DNA from: a candidate division FCPU426 bacterium
GTDB lineage: Bacteria > Oederibacteriota > Muellerivitia > Muellerivitales > Muellerivitaceae
Direction: 5' to 3'
Assembly: GCA_963830915.1 (NCBI GenBank)
Contig: CAWHOE010000006.1
Location: 128,001-192,000 of the forward strand
DNA: 64,000 bases
Below are positions 10,019-20,238 of this stretch, one piece after another; position 1 is the stretch's first letter, and the number at the start of each line of letters is the position of its first letter. Under the pieces are notes generated by a model. The model was given only the letters and a program-made list of their open reading frames with translations, was not told where the DNA came from and searched no databases. The translations under genes were made by a program, and so were the position numbers.

Positions 10019-10657
10019 ATGAAAGCCATCCACAAGAAACTGCCTGCTTCCGTGAAAAACCTGGAAAAACAAATGAGGTTCCTGGCGGAGATCGAAAAAC
10101 TTAAGATCATTTATCGCTGGAACAGCGTCCTGAATGGGACCCGCCGGGAAAACAGCGCCGAGCACTCCTGGCATCTGGCGGTGATGGCCATGCTCCTCCA
10201 GGAACATTCGGACTTGAAGAACATCCATGTCGCCAGGGTCATGAAGATGCTGCTCATTCACGACATCGTCGAGATCGACGCGGGCGACACTTTTCTTTAC
10301 AGCAAAAAGGGGAACACCGTGAAAGCGGGCAAGGAATCGGCCGCCGCCAAAAGGATATTCGGCCTGCTCCCGGCCAAGCAAAAGAAGGAATTCCTGGGAT
10401 TGTGGAAGGAGTTCGAGAAAAGGGAGACGCCCGACGCGCTCTTCGCGGCCGCGCTCGACGGGTTACAGCCTGTATTGAACCGTTATTTGACCGGACACAA
10501 ATGGAACAAGTTATCCAAGATCACGTCATCCCAGGTGCTGGAAAAAAAGGAATATATCGGCCAAACATCCAAGCGGTTGTGGGAATACACGAAGGACTTG
10601 ATCGCTCTCTCCGAAAAAGCCGGTTACTATATAAAACCCCGTAACCGGGACCGTTAA
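10019..10657 (+). CDS. HD-domain phosphohydrolase (YfbR/HDDC2-like 5'-deoxynucleotidase family)
   Basis: RENSAEHSW, LLIHDIVEIDAGD and LWKEFE motifs. Confidence 0.88.
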   Translation: MKAIHKKLPASVKNLEKQMRFLAEIEKLKIIYRWNSVLNGTRRENSAEHSWHLAVMAMLLQEHSDLKNIHVARVMKMLLIHDIVEIDAGDTFLYSKKGNTVKAGKESAAAKRIFGLLPAKQKKEFLGLWKEFEKRETPDALFAAALDGLQPVLNRYLTGHKWNKLSKITSSQVLEKKEYIGQTSKRLWEYTKDLIALSEKAGYYIKPRNRDR

Positions 10658-10666
10658 GCCGGGCTT

Positions 10667-11242
10667 TCAAAGGTCCCGGTTCAACTCGTTCATCGCCGCG
10701 TCCGCGCCACTCAGGATGAAGGTCTCGATCCCGGCGACCGAGCGCTTGATGGCTTCCTCGATCTTGGGTTTCTCTTCCGGCGTGAAAGTGGAAAGCACAT
10801 GGTCCGCGCCCTGCCCCGGGACTGGCGGTTTATCGATACCCAACCGCAGGCGGGGGAATTCCGAACTGCCCAGGTGGGCGATGATGGAATCCAATCCGTG
10901 GTGCCCGCCCGAACCCCCAAAAGGTTTCAAACGGATTTTCCCGACCGGCAGGTCCAGGTCGTCCGAGACCACCAGCAGATGGTCCAGGGGGATCTGACGG
11001 TAGCGCAGGAAGGGCCCGACCGCCTTGCCCGACTCGTTCATGAAGGTCTGGGGGAACAAGAGGAAGATCTCCCGCCCCTCGAACGGGAAGCTGCCCTGAA
11101 TGGCCTGGTCTTTCTCGCGCAATTTGACGTTGTGTTTGAGGACCAGGGCTTCCGCCACCCGAAAACCCACGTTATGACGGGTAAAGCGGTAATTCTCGCC
11201 GGGGTTCCCCAGGCCAGCCACGATCCAGGTTTCTAGTGCCAT
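10667..11242 (-). CDS. pth: Peptidyl-tRNA hydrolase
   Basis: GLGNPG, TRHNVGF, PQTFMNESG, DDLDL and GGHHGL motifs; follows rplY. Confidence 0.96.
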   Translation of the reverse strand: MALETWIVAGLGNPGENYRFTRHNVGFRVAEALVLKHNVKLREKDQAIQGSFPFEGREIFLLFPQTFMNESGKAVGPFLRYRQIPLDHLLVVSDDLDLPVGKIRLKPFGGSGGHHGLDSIIAHLGSSEFPRLRLGIDKPPVPGQGADHVLSTFTPEEKPKIEEAIKRSVAGIETFILSGADAAMNELNRDL

Positions 11243-11372
11243 GACTAAATCCCTCACAAGACCCTAGGCGCTTCTCATTTAGAAAACCTAAGGAAAGACA
11301 AAACCTGAGATCACCAGGTCGCCAAACGCCCCAATTGGGGCGGCTCCTCGTGATGACAAAAAAACATGAAAT

Positions 11373-11409
11373 AAAAACGCGGAAGGAGGCTTTCGCCCGC
11401 CTTCCGCGT
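11373..11409 (-). terminator. Intrinsic terminator after rplY
   Basis: Minus strand ACGCGGAAGG...CCTTCCGCGT followed by TTTT. Confidence 0.75.
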
Positions 11410-11438
11410 CAAGAACGACCCGTCCCTCCAAAAGGGAC

Positions 11439-12179
11439 TTATTTCTTTTCGGCAGGCTTCTTCTCGGCGGCCTTGCCAGCGGGCGCCTTGGCGTCGGCCT
11501 TGGCCTCTCCCTCGCCCTCTTCGCCCTTCTTGGCGGTGAGGACTTCGGGCTCGGCGCCAGCGGCGGCCGCGCCTTCCGCGGGAACAGCGGCGACAGCCTT
11601 GACCTCTTCGGCCATCTGCTGGGCCACGGAAACGATGACGCTACCCGCGCCCTGGACGACCTTCACGCCCTCGGGCAATTTCAGGTCCGAAACGTGGAGC
11701 GAGTCGCCGACGTTCAAGTGGGCGCAATCGACCTGGATGGCGTCCGGGATCTGGGCCGGCAAGCACTGGACCTCGACCGAACGCAGGAGTGTCTGCAGGA
11801 CCCCTCCCAGCTTCACGCCCTCGCAGATGTCCCCGTTGACGATGTGGATGGGGATCTTGATGCGGAGCTTCTCTTCCATCTTCACCTTATGGAAATCGGC
11901 GTGCATGATCGTGCTGTTGATCTTGTGGTACTGGACTTCCTTGATGACGGCCAGGACCGGTTCGCCCTTGGCGCCCTCGATGTTCAGGTTGAAGAAGATG
12001 TTCTCGCCCCGGTTGGATTGGAGGATCTGGGTCAGTTCCTTTTGCGAGACCTCGATGGATTGGTTCGCGTCCTTGTGTCCGTAGATCTCGGCCGGGACCA
12101 CACCCTGGTTCCTCATGCGACGGATGCGGCGGCTTCCACGGTCTGCTCGTATCTTGGCGGCTAATGGTACCTTTTTCAT
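11439..12179 (-). CDS. rplY: 50S ribosomal protein L25 / general stress protein Ctc
   Basis: RNQGVVPAEIYG, KEVQYH, HADF and GVKLGGVL motifs; prs-rplY-pth synteny. Confidence 0.95.
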   Translation of the reverse strand: MKKVPLAAKIRADRGSRRIRRMRNQGVVPAEIYGHKDANQSIEVSQKELTQILQSNRGENIFFNLNIEGAKGEPVLAVIKEVQYHKINSTIMHADFHKVKMEEKLRIKIPIHIVNGDICEGVKLGGVLQTLLRSVEVQCLPAQIPDAIQVDCAHLNVGDSLHVSDLKLPEGVKVVQGAGSVIVSVAQQMAEEVKAVAAVPAEGAAAAGAEPEVLTAKKGEEGEGEAKADAKAPAGKAAEKKPAEKK

Positions 12180-12263
12180 TTCTGCTCGGCTCCTTCTCAG
12201 GACGTGACCGCGAAGACTCAGCCGTCACGAAACCCAAGTTCTTGTGTTTTTGGATTTATGGGA

Positions 12264-13226
12264 TCACAAATCGTTGAACAACGAACTGATGGACTCTTCG
12301 TTGTGGATACGTTGGATCGCTTCCCCTAACAGCGGGGCCACCGGCAGAACCTTGATCTTGTCGATCCGCTTCTCCGGAGGAAGAGGAATAGTATCCGTAA
12401 TGACGACTTCTTTCAAGACCGATTTTTGCAGCTTTTCCACGGCGTTTCCCGACAAAATCGCGTGGGTACAGCAAGCGTAGATATCCTTGGCCCCGAACTT
12501 CACCAGGGCGTTGACCGCCTCCACCAGGGAGCCGGCCGTGGCGATCATATCATCGGGGAGGATGACCGTGCGGCCCTTGACCTCGCCGATCAGGTTCATG
12601 GCTTCCACCTCGGTGGGACCGGTACGGCGCTTGTCCACGATGGCCAGGTCGGCGTTCAAGCCCTTGGCGTAGGCCCGGGCCATCTTGATGCCGCCCACGT
12701 CGGGGGACACCACCGTGACGTCCTTCAAGCCCTTCTGGCGGAAATAAGAGGAAATGACCGGATAGGCGTAGAGATGGTCCACCGGGATGTCGAAAAAGCC
12801 CTGGATCTGCTGGGCGTGCAGGTCCATGGTCAGGATGCGGTCCGCCCCGGCCTCGGTGATGATGTTGGCCAAAAGCTTGGCGGTGATGGGAACCCGAGGC
12901 TGGTCCTTGCGGTCCTGGCGGGCGTACCCGTAATAGGGGAGGACGGCCGTGATGCGGCGGGCGCTGGCCCGGCGAAAGGCGTCCAGCATGATGAGCAGTT
13001 CCATGACGTTGTCGTTCACGGGGGGGCAGGTGGGTTGGATGAGGAAAATATCCTTGCCGCGGACATCCTCGTTGATCTTGACGCGGATCTCACCCTCGGA
13101 GAAACGGCTGACCAAAATATCGCCCAACGGCGTCTTTAAGGCCTCGGAAATACTCTTCGCCAAGTCGGTATTGGATGTTCCCGCGAAGATCTTAAACCCG
13201 TTCGAACCCACGCCCCTCGGACTCAT
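12264..13226 (-). CDS. prs: Ribose-phosphate pyrophosphokinase
   Basis: PYYGYARQDRK, MDLHAQQIQGFF, VSPDVGG and DDMIATAGS motifs. Confidence 0.97.
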   Translation of the reverse strand: MSPRGVGSNGFKIFAGTSNTDLAKSISEALKTPLGDILVSRFSEGEIRVKINEDVRGKDIFLIQPTCPPVNDNVMELLIMLDAFRRASARRITAVLPYYGYARQDRKDQPRVPITAKLLANIITEAGADRILTMDLHAQQIQGFFDIPVDHLYAYPVISSYFRQKGLKDVTVVSPDVGGIKMARAYAKGLNADLAIVDKRRTGPTEVEAMNLIGEVKGRTVILPDDMIATAGSLVEAVNALVKFGAKDIYACCTHAILSGNAVEKLQKSVLKEVVITDTIPLPPEKRIDKIKVLPVAPLLGEAIQRIHNEESISSLFNDL

Positions 13227-13336
13227 GGCAGCTCCTTAAATGTGGTGAATGAAGGCAGGATTTTACCACCAAGGCCCAACCCTACCAAGAAAAACAAAGA
13301 ACCCGATTCATCAGGAAATGTCCATATTGTCGATGT

Positions 13337-14710
13337 CTATTTGGATGGAGAAAGAGGTCGGCCCTTTTTCTTCATGGGCCGCGCCGGTACTCCCGCGACC
13401 TTCGTCCCGGCCGGAACATCTTTGGTGACCACCGCGCCAGCGCCCACGACCGCCCCGGCCCCGATCCTGACCGGCGCCACCAGGGTGGAATTGCTTCCCA
13501 GGAAAACATCGTTCCCGATATGGGAGGTGTGCTTGTTCTTCCCATCGAAGTTAGCGAACACGCAGCCCGCCCCCACGTTCACGTTCTTTCCCAGCACCGC
13601 GTCGCCCACATAGGAGAAATGTCCTACCTTGCTCCCCGGGCCGATGTTGGCATTCTTCAATTCGGTATTGGTCCCCACATGCACACCCTTGGCCAGCACG
13701 CTCCCGCCCCTCACGTGGGCGAAAGGACCGGCGTCGCATCCGTCCTTCATCTCGCATTCCATGATCCGGGAGGACCGAATGACAACATCCTTCCCGATCA
13801 CGGAGGAATGGATGACGCTTCCTGACTCGATCCGGCAGCCCTCGCCCAGAGTGGTCTTGCCGGACAGCTTGACGTTGCCATCGATGACCGAGTCCCGGCC
13901 GATGGAAACCATCGCTCCGATCTCGACCGTCATTGGGTTCAGGAAGGTCACGCCTTCCCTTTGCATTTCCTCGATCCGCCTGGCGTGGAGGGTCTTGTGG
14001 GCGTGGGTGAGCTGTTGGCGGTCGTTGATGCCAAGTACTTCCGTGCGGTCCGGAACCATGAGGGCGTGGATCTTTTCCCCCCGGCCCAGCAGGTCATGGA
14101 TGGTGTCGGTCAGGTAATACTCGCCCTTGGAGTTGTTGGGTTTCAAGCGTTTGAGGGCCTCTACCAGGGCCGGCGCCTTGAATAGGTAGACCCCGGCGTT
14201 GATCTCATTGACCCGCCGCTCTTCCTCGGTGGCGTCCTTCTCTTCCACGATCCTCAGCACTTCCCCCTCGGGCCCCCGCAGGATTCGGCCGTAGCCGAAG
14301 GGTTCCTCCACCCGGGCCGTCAGCAGGGTGACCGCGCCCCCCTTGAGCAGGTGGAACTGGCGCAGGGCCTGGACTGTCTGGGGGCGGATAAGACAGGCGT
14401 CCGCGCAAAGGATGAGCACGTTGCCTTTGAAGCCTTTGAGGAAGGGGATGACCTGGGCGACCGCGTGGCCCGTCCCCAGCCGTTGTTTCTGGACGACCGG
14501 GACGGCCCTCTTACCTAGATGGGCCTTGACCAGGTCCGCGCCGGACCCGACCACCGCGTAGACCTTGGCGGGACCGAGGACCTCGGCGTTCTCCAGGACG
14601 TAATCGATCATGGGTTGGCCGGCCACCTGATGGAGCACTTTGGGGATCTTGGAATTCATGCGGGTGCCTTCGCCCGCCGCCAGCAGGATCGCGATCAAGG
14701 GTGATGCCAT
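13337..14710 (-). CDS. glmU: Bifunctional UDP-GlcNAc pyrophosphorylase / glucosamine-1-phosphate acetyltransferase
   Basis: LAAGEGTRMNSKIPKVLH, LGTGHAV, GYGRI, GEYYLTD motifs and hexapeptide repeats. Confidence 0.96.
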   Translation of the reverse strand: MASPLIAILLAAGEGTRMNSKIPKVLHQVAGQPMIDYVLENAEVLGPAKVYAVVGSGADLVKAHLGKRAVPVVQKQRLGTGHAVAQVIPFLKGFKGNVLILCADACLIRPQTVQALRQFHLLKGGAVTLLTARVEEPFGYGRILRGPEGEVLRIVEEKDATEEERRVNEINAGVYLFKAPALVEALKRLKPNNSKGEYYLTDTIHDLLGRGEKIHALMVPDRTEVLGINDRQQLTHAHKTLHARRIEEMQREGVTFLNPMTVEIGAMVSIGRDSVIDGNVKLSGKTTLGEGCRIESGSVIHSSVIGKDVVIRSSRIMECEMKDGCDAGPFAHVRGGSVLAKGVHVGTNTELKNANIGPGSKVGHFSYVGDAVLGKNVNVGAGCVFANFDGKNKHTSHIGNDVFLGSNSTLVAPVRIGAGAVVGAGAVVTKDVPAGTKVAGVPARPMKKKGRPLSPSK

Positions 14711-14799
14711 GGAATCCTCCGATCGATTCGTGGGTTGAACAGTCCTCTATGATAATCCAGAAAACAGATAGGAAGCCCAGAAATAAGGAACGGAAATTT

Positions 14800-14897
14800 T
14801 AGCCACCGATTAACACTGATAAACGACAAAAAGGTAAAACAAAAAAATTTAATATTCTTAATTTTAATCGGTGTTTATCTGTGTTAATCGGTGGCTA
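14800..14897. repeat. Long intergenic inverted repeat (~25-bp arms, 10-nt internal period, AT-rich spacer)
   Basis: AGCCACCGATTAACACTGATAAAC versus GTTTATCTGTGTTAATCGGTGGCT, one mismatch. Confidence 0.8.
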
Positions 14898-16979
14898 GAT
14901 TAGAAGTAATAAATCAGGAATCTTCGCGGCGCGTTTCACCGGTTTTTTCCTCAACCGATAGACGCCGCCGAACTCGTTGGCCACCAATAGGTCCGTGTAT
15001 CTTTGGATGAAATCGTCCAGTCTGGCCCATTCAGCCGGGTTAAGCCGGTAAAAAAGGTAATCCCGGTTGATCCTCGCCCCCTCGGTGGAACAAACCACCA
15101 GGTCGTCGACCCCCATTTTTTTCAGGCCCCATCGGATACCATCCCCATCCTTTTCTTCCTTGGCCAGCTTGACCAGGACCTGCTCGTCGAAAACGCTGTT
15201 GGCGATGAAGGGCTGGCGGTAATAAAGACCCCTGGCGTCACCCGCGATCAGTAACTGGTCGTCCTGGGACAGGAGCTTGGCGCAATCCTCGGTCAAACTG
15301 TAATAGGTATAGGTCAGGGGGGAAAAACTCAGGTATTCGGAATGGAGCTGGACACCCTCCCATATCTTCTGGCTTTGGTAATAATCCGTGCTCAGTCGCC
15401 CGAGGGAAAGCAGGCTCAAAGCGCAAAAGGCCACAACCACCCAGGTCCAGGCCAGGGTGAAGGGTTTGCGGGGCAGGTCCGCCGCCGCCAAACCCATCGC
15501 GACAAGCCCGACCACGAAGGCGGGCAAGACCAGCCTCAACTGATGGGACACCAGAAAACTGAGGATCAAGTAGAACAGGCAGAGCCACAAAAGCTTTTTC
15601 GTCGCTGGCTTGAACTTGCCGAACCAAAAAAGCAGGGGCAGGAAACAAAAAAGAATGGGCGCGATGGTCTTATCCAGGTCTCTTGTCAGGATGAGGCCCA
15701 GCCATTTCCAATAACCTTCTCCCCCGCCCCATACCGCCACATGGTCGGTCATCAATTCTTTTAGGTTCTCGCTCGGAAGGGACCTGCCATGGAAAAAACC
15801 GGAGAGATAGGGATAGACCGGATCACCTGCGAAGGCGAAGTTCTTGATCAGCCAGGGCGCGGCCGAGGCCAGGATCAATATCTTGACCAGCCCTCCCCCG
15901 ACCAGCCAGCGTTTGGTCCATCCCTTGCTGGTCCAGTTCATGCCATAGACCCATAGCCCGACGAAGAGGCCCAGGACCGCCGTGTATTTCACCGTCAAGG
16001 CCGCCCCTCCCATCAAACCCGCCGCTACCGCCCATCGCCAATCGGTCTTTTGCTTGTCCCATCGGCTAAGGGAATAGAAGAACAAAAGGAGGAACAAGGA
16101 AAGCAGAAGGTCCACCTGGGCGGTCCAGGCCGTACCCGGGATCATGGGAAGGCCGATGATGAGCCCAACGGTCAAGTATCCGTATGGAAGACCCGCTTCC
16201 GAGGCCACCCAACCCGCCGCCGCCAACCCCAGGACTCCTTCCGAAAGGACGTCCATGATCTTGGCCCCTTCCCCACCCTGGAAATAAAACCCGTTCATGA
16301 GGAACATTTCCCCGCCGAAAGGATAGTGGGCGTAAAGGTTGGTGGAAAGATCGGTGATGCCGTGGTGGAACTGCCAGAAACTCAAGGCCGCCAGGTGGTA
16401 GCAGAGGGTGTCGAAATAGGCGGCAGGCACAGCCCCCTGGGACAGGGACAGGATCAGGCCGGCTATCGCCAGAAGGGTCAAAAGTTTAAGCGGGATGCCT
16501 TGGGGTGGGGTCCAGCCCAGCGGCGGCTTGTCCAGGATGAGGTCGAAAAAATCCAAGAGCGCGAAACCCAGGGCGACCAGCCCCACGAAAAAGGGCAAGG
16601 GGTCGATCCACAACCCCAACAATCCCGTACCCAACCAGAGGTTGTTGAACAACACCATGCCTAAGGCCATATCCGCCGACATCCGCAAGGCCCGGTTGTC
16701 CATCCGCAGTCCCAGCCAAAGACGAAGCCTGCGTCCCCACATCCAAAGGGTCAAAAGGGCGAAAAAGCAGAAAAATAACGCCTTGAAGAATTCCATGGCG
16801 TTGGATTTGAACCTGAAAAAGGTCGCTTGACGCAGGTCCGACAGGATGGTTCGGACAAAAGAAAAGTCCGTGACCGATGACCAGGAAAAATAATGGAGGA
16901 ACAGACCGCAGGCCCAGAGGATGAATACAGCCAGGAAAATCTTTTCAATGGTGGAGAAGAGGGGAACTTTGCTTTTCAT
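14895..16979 (-). CDS. Polytopic membrane protein, probable GT-C glycosyltransferase
   Basis: Many TM helices; PAAYFDTLCYHL, YPFGGEM, VKYTA and PWLIKNFAFAGDPVYP motifs typical of GT39-like proteins. Confidence 0.7.
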   Translation of the reverse strand: MKSKVPLFSTIEKIFLAVFILWACGLFLHYFSWSSVTDFSFVRTILSDLRQATFFRFKSNAMEFFKALFFCFFALLTLWMWGRRLRLWLGLRMDNRALRMSADMALGMVLFNNLWLGTGLLGLWIDPLPFFVGLVALGFALLDFFDLILDKPPLGWTPPQGIPLKLLTLLAIAGLILSLSQGAVPAAYFDTLCYHLAALSFWQFHHGITDLSTNLYAHYPFGGEMFLMNGFYFQGGEGAKIMDVLSEGVLGLAAAGWVASEAGLPYGYLTVGLIIGLPMIPGTAWTAQVDLLLSLFLLLFFYSLSRWDKQKTDWRWAVAAGLMGGAALTVKYTAVLGLFVGLWVYGMNWTSKGWTKRWLVGGGLVKILILASAAPWLIKNFAFAGDPVYPYLSGFFHGRSLPSENLKELMTDHVAVWGGGEGYWKWLGLILTRDLDKTIAPILFCFLPLLFWFGKFKPATKKLLWLCLFYLILSFLVSHQLRLVLPAFVVGLVAMGLAAADLPRKPFTLAWTWVVVAFCALSLLSLGRLSTDYYQSQKIWEGVQLHSEYLSFSPLTYTYYSLTEDCAKLLSQDDQLLIAGDARGLYYRQPFIANSVFDEQVLVKLAKEEKDGDGIRWGLKKMGVDDLVVCSTEGARINRDYLFYRLNPAEWARLDDFIQRYTDLLVANEFGGVYRLRKKPVKRAAKIPDLLLLI

Positions 16980-17038
16980 GCGACCATTCTATCGAAGGCT
17001 TCGCGCGAATGGCCTTTTTTCCCTTTTCACATAGGTCT

Positions 17039-18724
17039 TCATGTGTCCATCCCATCCCCGCGCTTGAAGATGCCGTCCAGCGAGACAGGGGCCCTTCCCG
17101 TCGCCTTCAGGTCGCCCAGCCAGACCTTGACCGCCGTTTCCTGGGCCAGGGTTCCCTCGTCCAGGGTGCTGACGTAGACCGGCGCGGAGGGACAATAATA
17201 AAGGATATAGGGGTCGCCGAAAGCCGTGATGATCACAGGTTTTCCCAGGGTGATCAGGCCGTTCATGAACAACCGTAAGGCGTTATGGTTGGGGATGAGG
17301 GTGCCGATGCCCCAGCTGGGGGCCACGATGAAGTTGTAGAAAACGTAGTCGACTTCCGGGACCTTTCGCAGGATATCCAAGACATCCTCGAACGACTGCC
17401 GGGAGGTAACGTTGAAAGACTGCACGATCGCGCCCCTTTTCTCGAGAAGTTTTTGGATATTCTCGCCTAAAGGGACTTGACCCTGGTTCTGCATGACGCT
17501 TCCTTCCGGGCTGAAGGTGTTGAGGATCATCACTTTCTTACCCTTGATGTCCCTCACCGGCAGAACCTTCCCTCGGTTACGCAGGACCGTGATGGCCTTT
17601 TCCAATATCTTTCGGGAAAGATCCTCGTGGGTGTCGGCGAATAGTCTGTGCCTAACATCGGGTAGGGAGGGCAATCCCCCGTCCTTTTCCAGACCCAGCT
17701 TAGCCTTGGCCGTCAGGATATTCCGCACAGCCTGGTCCACCCTTTTGGCCGACAGGCGGCCATCCTTGAGGGCCTTCAACAAGGCGTCGTAATCCTTCTC
17801 GAAATCCCAGGGGCTGAAGATCAAAAGCATGTCCGCGCCAGCCTGGATCACCTTGACCGCCGCCTCTTCCCGAGAAAATTGGGTGGTCACCCCTCCCATG
17901 TTCATGGCGTCGCTCACCACCAGGCCCTTGAACCCCATTTCCTTGCGCAACAGTTTGGTCAGGACTTCCGAGGAAAGGGACGAGGGAACGGGCCTTCCCG
18001 TTTCCGGGTGTTTCTCTTTCGTCAGCGCCGGCACTTCCAGGTGGGCGGCCATGATGGCGGCCAGCTTCGCCTTGGCGAAGGCGTCCCGGTAGGGTTTGAG
18101 CCAGGTCTTTTTGAACTCCGCCTTGGATTGGGTCAGGATGGCCGCGCAGATATGCTGGTCCATCTCGCCCCCGCCGTTGCCGGGGAAATGCTTTCCGCAG
18201 GCCAGCACGCCGTTGTCCTGGATGCCTTTGATATAGGGGATGGCCAGGGCGCTGATGGCCTTGGGGTTGTCCGAGTAAGCGCGGATATTGATGTCCGGGC
18301 AATGGGGGTTGGTGTTCACGTCCAGCACCGGGCTGGCGGTCATGCGGATGCCCACCGCCTTGGCCTGAAGGGCGGTGATGCGGCCCAACTCGTATTCCAT
18401 CTTCTGGTCGCCGACCCAGCCGCGGGTCATGGGCCGGGGGAACCTGGTTCCCTCTTTCAGGACCGCCCCGGTGCCGTTCTCGAAGTCTGCCGCGATCAGC
18501 AGGGGTACCTTGGCGTCGGATTGGAGGGCCGTGACGTAATCGGCGATCTCATCCTGCCCGCCGCTGAGGAAGAAACCTCCCCCCGCGTGGCATTTGTTGA
18601 CCCTCTCCCTGGTACCGGGGAAATTATCCCGGTTGGCGGCGATGAAGCCGATCATCAACAGCTGTCCGACCTTTTCTTCGGGGGTCATGTCGGACAGGGT
18701 ATGTTCGATCCAGAGCTCGTCCAT
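17039..18724 (-). CDS. Glycoside hydrolase family 3 (beta-N-acetylhexosaminidase/NagZ-like, two-domain)
   Basis: MTPEEKVGQLLM, IAADFENG, SPVLDVNTNP, KHFPGNG...DQH and GLVVSDAMNM motifs; no signal peptide. Confidence 0.9.
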   Translation of the reverse strand: MDELWIEHTLSDMTPEEKVGQLLMIGFIAANRDNFPGTRERVNKCHAGGGFFLSGGQDEIADYVTALQSDAKVPLLIAADFENGTGAVLKEGTRFPRPMTRGWVGDQKMEYELGRITALQAKAVGIRMTASPVLDVNTNPHCPDINIRAYSDNPKAISALAIPYIKGIQDNGVLACGKHFPGNGGGEMDQHICAAILTQSKAEFKKTWLKPYRDAFAKAKLAAIMAAHLEVPALTKEKHPETGRPVPSSLSSEVLTKLLRKEMGFKGLVVSDAMNMGGVTTQFSREEAAVKVIQAGADMLLIFSPWDFEKDYDALLKALKDGRLSAKRVDQAVRNILTAKAKLGLEKDGGLPSLPDVRHRLFADTHEDLSRKILEKAITVLRNRGKVLPVRDIKGKKVMILNTFSPEGSVMQNQGQVPLGENIQKLLEKRGAIVQSFNVTSRQSFEDVLDILRKVPEVDYVFYNFIVAPSWGIGTLIPNHNALRLFMNGLITLGKPVIITAFGDPYILYYCPSAPVYVSTLDEGTLAQETAVKVWLGDLKATGRAPVSLDGIFKRGDGMDT

Positions 18725-19008
18725 CGTTCCTCCAGGGAAATAGTGTGACCATATTACTCCGCGGGTTAAACGGAGACCAAAGAACTTTTAAAGGGTTTTT
18801 GGCGAATTTGAATAATCTGCCTGGAAAATAATTCAGGACCATGGATAAAAACTATCCTTTTCCTGCTGAGATTTAAGGGGGATCTGAACACAAGGATTTG
18901 ATTTGTCGCTCGAATACAGACTTTCGACCGTAATGGTGGCCTGCCGGAGATTACTCGCCTTGAAGAACATAAAGAAAGAACTCCAGCCTGAACCCCTGCA
19001 CACTGTTT

Positions 19009-19051
19009 GAAAAACAAAAAAGACCCCAACGGGGAGGAACCATTGGGGCCG
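19009..19051 (-). terminator. Intrinsic terminator after the YfdX-like gene
   Basis: Minus strand GGCCCCAATGG...CCGTTGGGGTC followed by a T-run. Confidence 0.7.
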
Positions 19052-19120
19052 TAATAGCTAATCAGTTGTATTTTTCCTATACCCAAGTCATATCCCACCC
19101 CCTTTCGAATTCGACTTCGA

Positions 19121-20077
19121 TCAGCCTTTAGGTGATGTGTTTTTGCTCGTTTGAGCGGACTTGAATAGTTTCATGAGAGAAGCTTCCACTTCGTCGAAAA
19201 ACCCCTTGCCCGACTTTCCAGATTCGGTTTTGCCCTTGATGACATCCAGTTCCCCATAAAGGTCCTTGAAATCACTGGCCGTGCCGTACCCTAGGGCCTG
19301 GGCGAATTCGAGGTTGGTGCGGGCATCGGCCAGTAGCTCGCCCAGCTTTTTATTCTCATCGGCCGTCCGTTCGGCTTTTTCCGATAATTTTTTGGCATCC
19401 TCCAAAACATCCTGGGCGTTGACCACCGGGAGCGGGATCACATTATCTATCACCACCAGGGTATCCAACGCCGTTTGAAGGGTTTCTTTGGCGTCCTCCA
19501 GTTTGCCGTCGTCGATCTGCTTGACCGCTTTTTTGATGGCGTCGGGGTAGGTCGCCAATGGAATATTCGAGACGCTGATGACCGTTTCACTTCTCAGGGC
19601 ATCCAATATCTGGCGGGCTTCCGGTAGTTTCCCCTGCGCCAAAAGATCCTTGGCTTCCTTACGCGCCGCTTTGACCTTGTCCAGATCGGCGTAAACATCA
19701 TAGGTCGCCTCGCTCACGCGGTTCGGGGCCAGGGCCAGGTTGGAGTCGCGGGCCAGGATCAAGTCCAATTTACCGGTGGCCCGTTCCAGTGCCTGGATGG
19801 CCTTGTCCTTCTTGTTTTCATCCAGGCATTTCAACGCGGTCCGGGTCTCATCAATGGCGGACACGGCTTCGGAAGTGATCTGCTTGCGTTTATCAGCGAC
19901 TTGGCCCTGGGTTTTTTGATGTGTCCCCGCCTTTTGGCTCATCGCGGTTTTTTCTTTGGACTGAACGGCAGGGGTCGGCGATGGCCCGGCAGGGGATGAA
20001 TGATCGGCCATAGCCAAGAATGGAAATCCGAAAATCAGAGCGGCGAGAAGGGTTGGCTGGATCAATAAACGATTCAT
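19121..20077 (-). CDS. YfdX-family secreted helical protein
   Basis: ATG 20077 with AGGAGG; signal peptide; ALERATGKLDLILAR, IPLATYPDAIK and AQALGYG segments resemble YfdX. Confidence 0.7.
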   Translation of the reverse strand: MNRLLIQPTLLAALIFGFPFLAMADHSSPAGPSPTPAVQSKEKTAMSQKAGTHQKTQGQVADKRKQITSEAVSAIDETRTALKCLDENKKDKAIQALERATGKLDLILARDSNLALAPNRVSEATYDVYADLDKVKAARKEAKDLLAQGKLPEARQILDALRSETVISVSNIPLATYPDAIKKAVKQIDDGKLEDAKETLQTALDTLVVIDNVIPLPVVNAQDVLEDAKKLSEKAERTADENKKLGELLADARTNLEFAQALGYGTASDFKDLYGELDVIKGKTESGKSGKGFFDEVEASLMKLFKSAQTSKNTSPKG

Positions 20078-20238
20078 GGTTAACCTCCTTTTTTCAAAAA
20101 GATTTAAACCATTCATTGTTCCGGCGATTTTTCTTGGAATATTATTTAAGAACGACCCTAAAAAAAATCAAGGTCGGTTTTCGGATGAAAATATTCAAAT
20201 TCGGGTCAGAGGTTAGGACGGTGATCAAGAAATTCGTT

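Noticed and set aside
18140..18200. GH3 KHFPGNG...DQH variant as loss of activity
   Set aside because: The DxH dyad and the nucleophile Asp (SDAM) are retained; a single substitution is weak evidence.
18766..19098. 110-aa minus-strand ORF between yfdX and GH3
   Set aside because: It crosses a terminator, has no RBS or recognisable motif, and looks intergenic. No riboswitch consensus was recognised there either.
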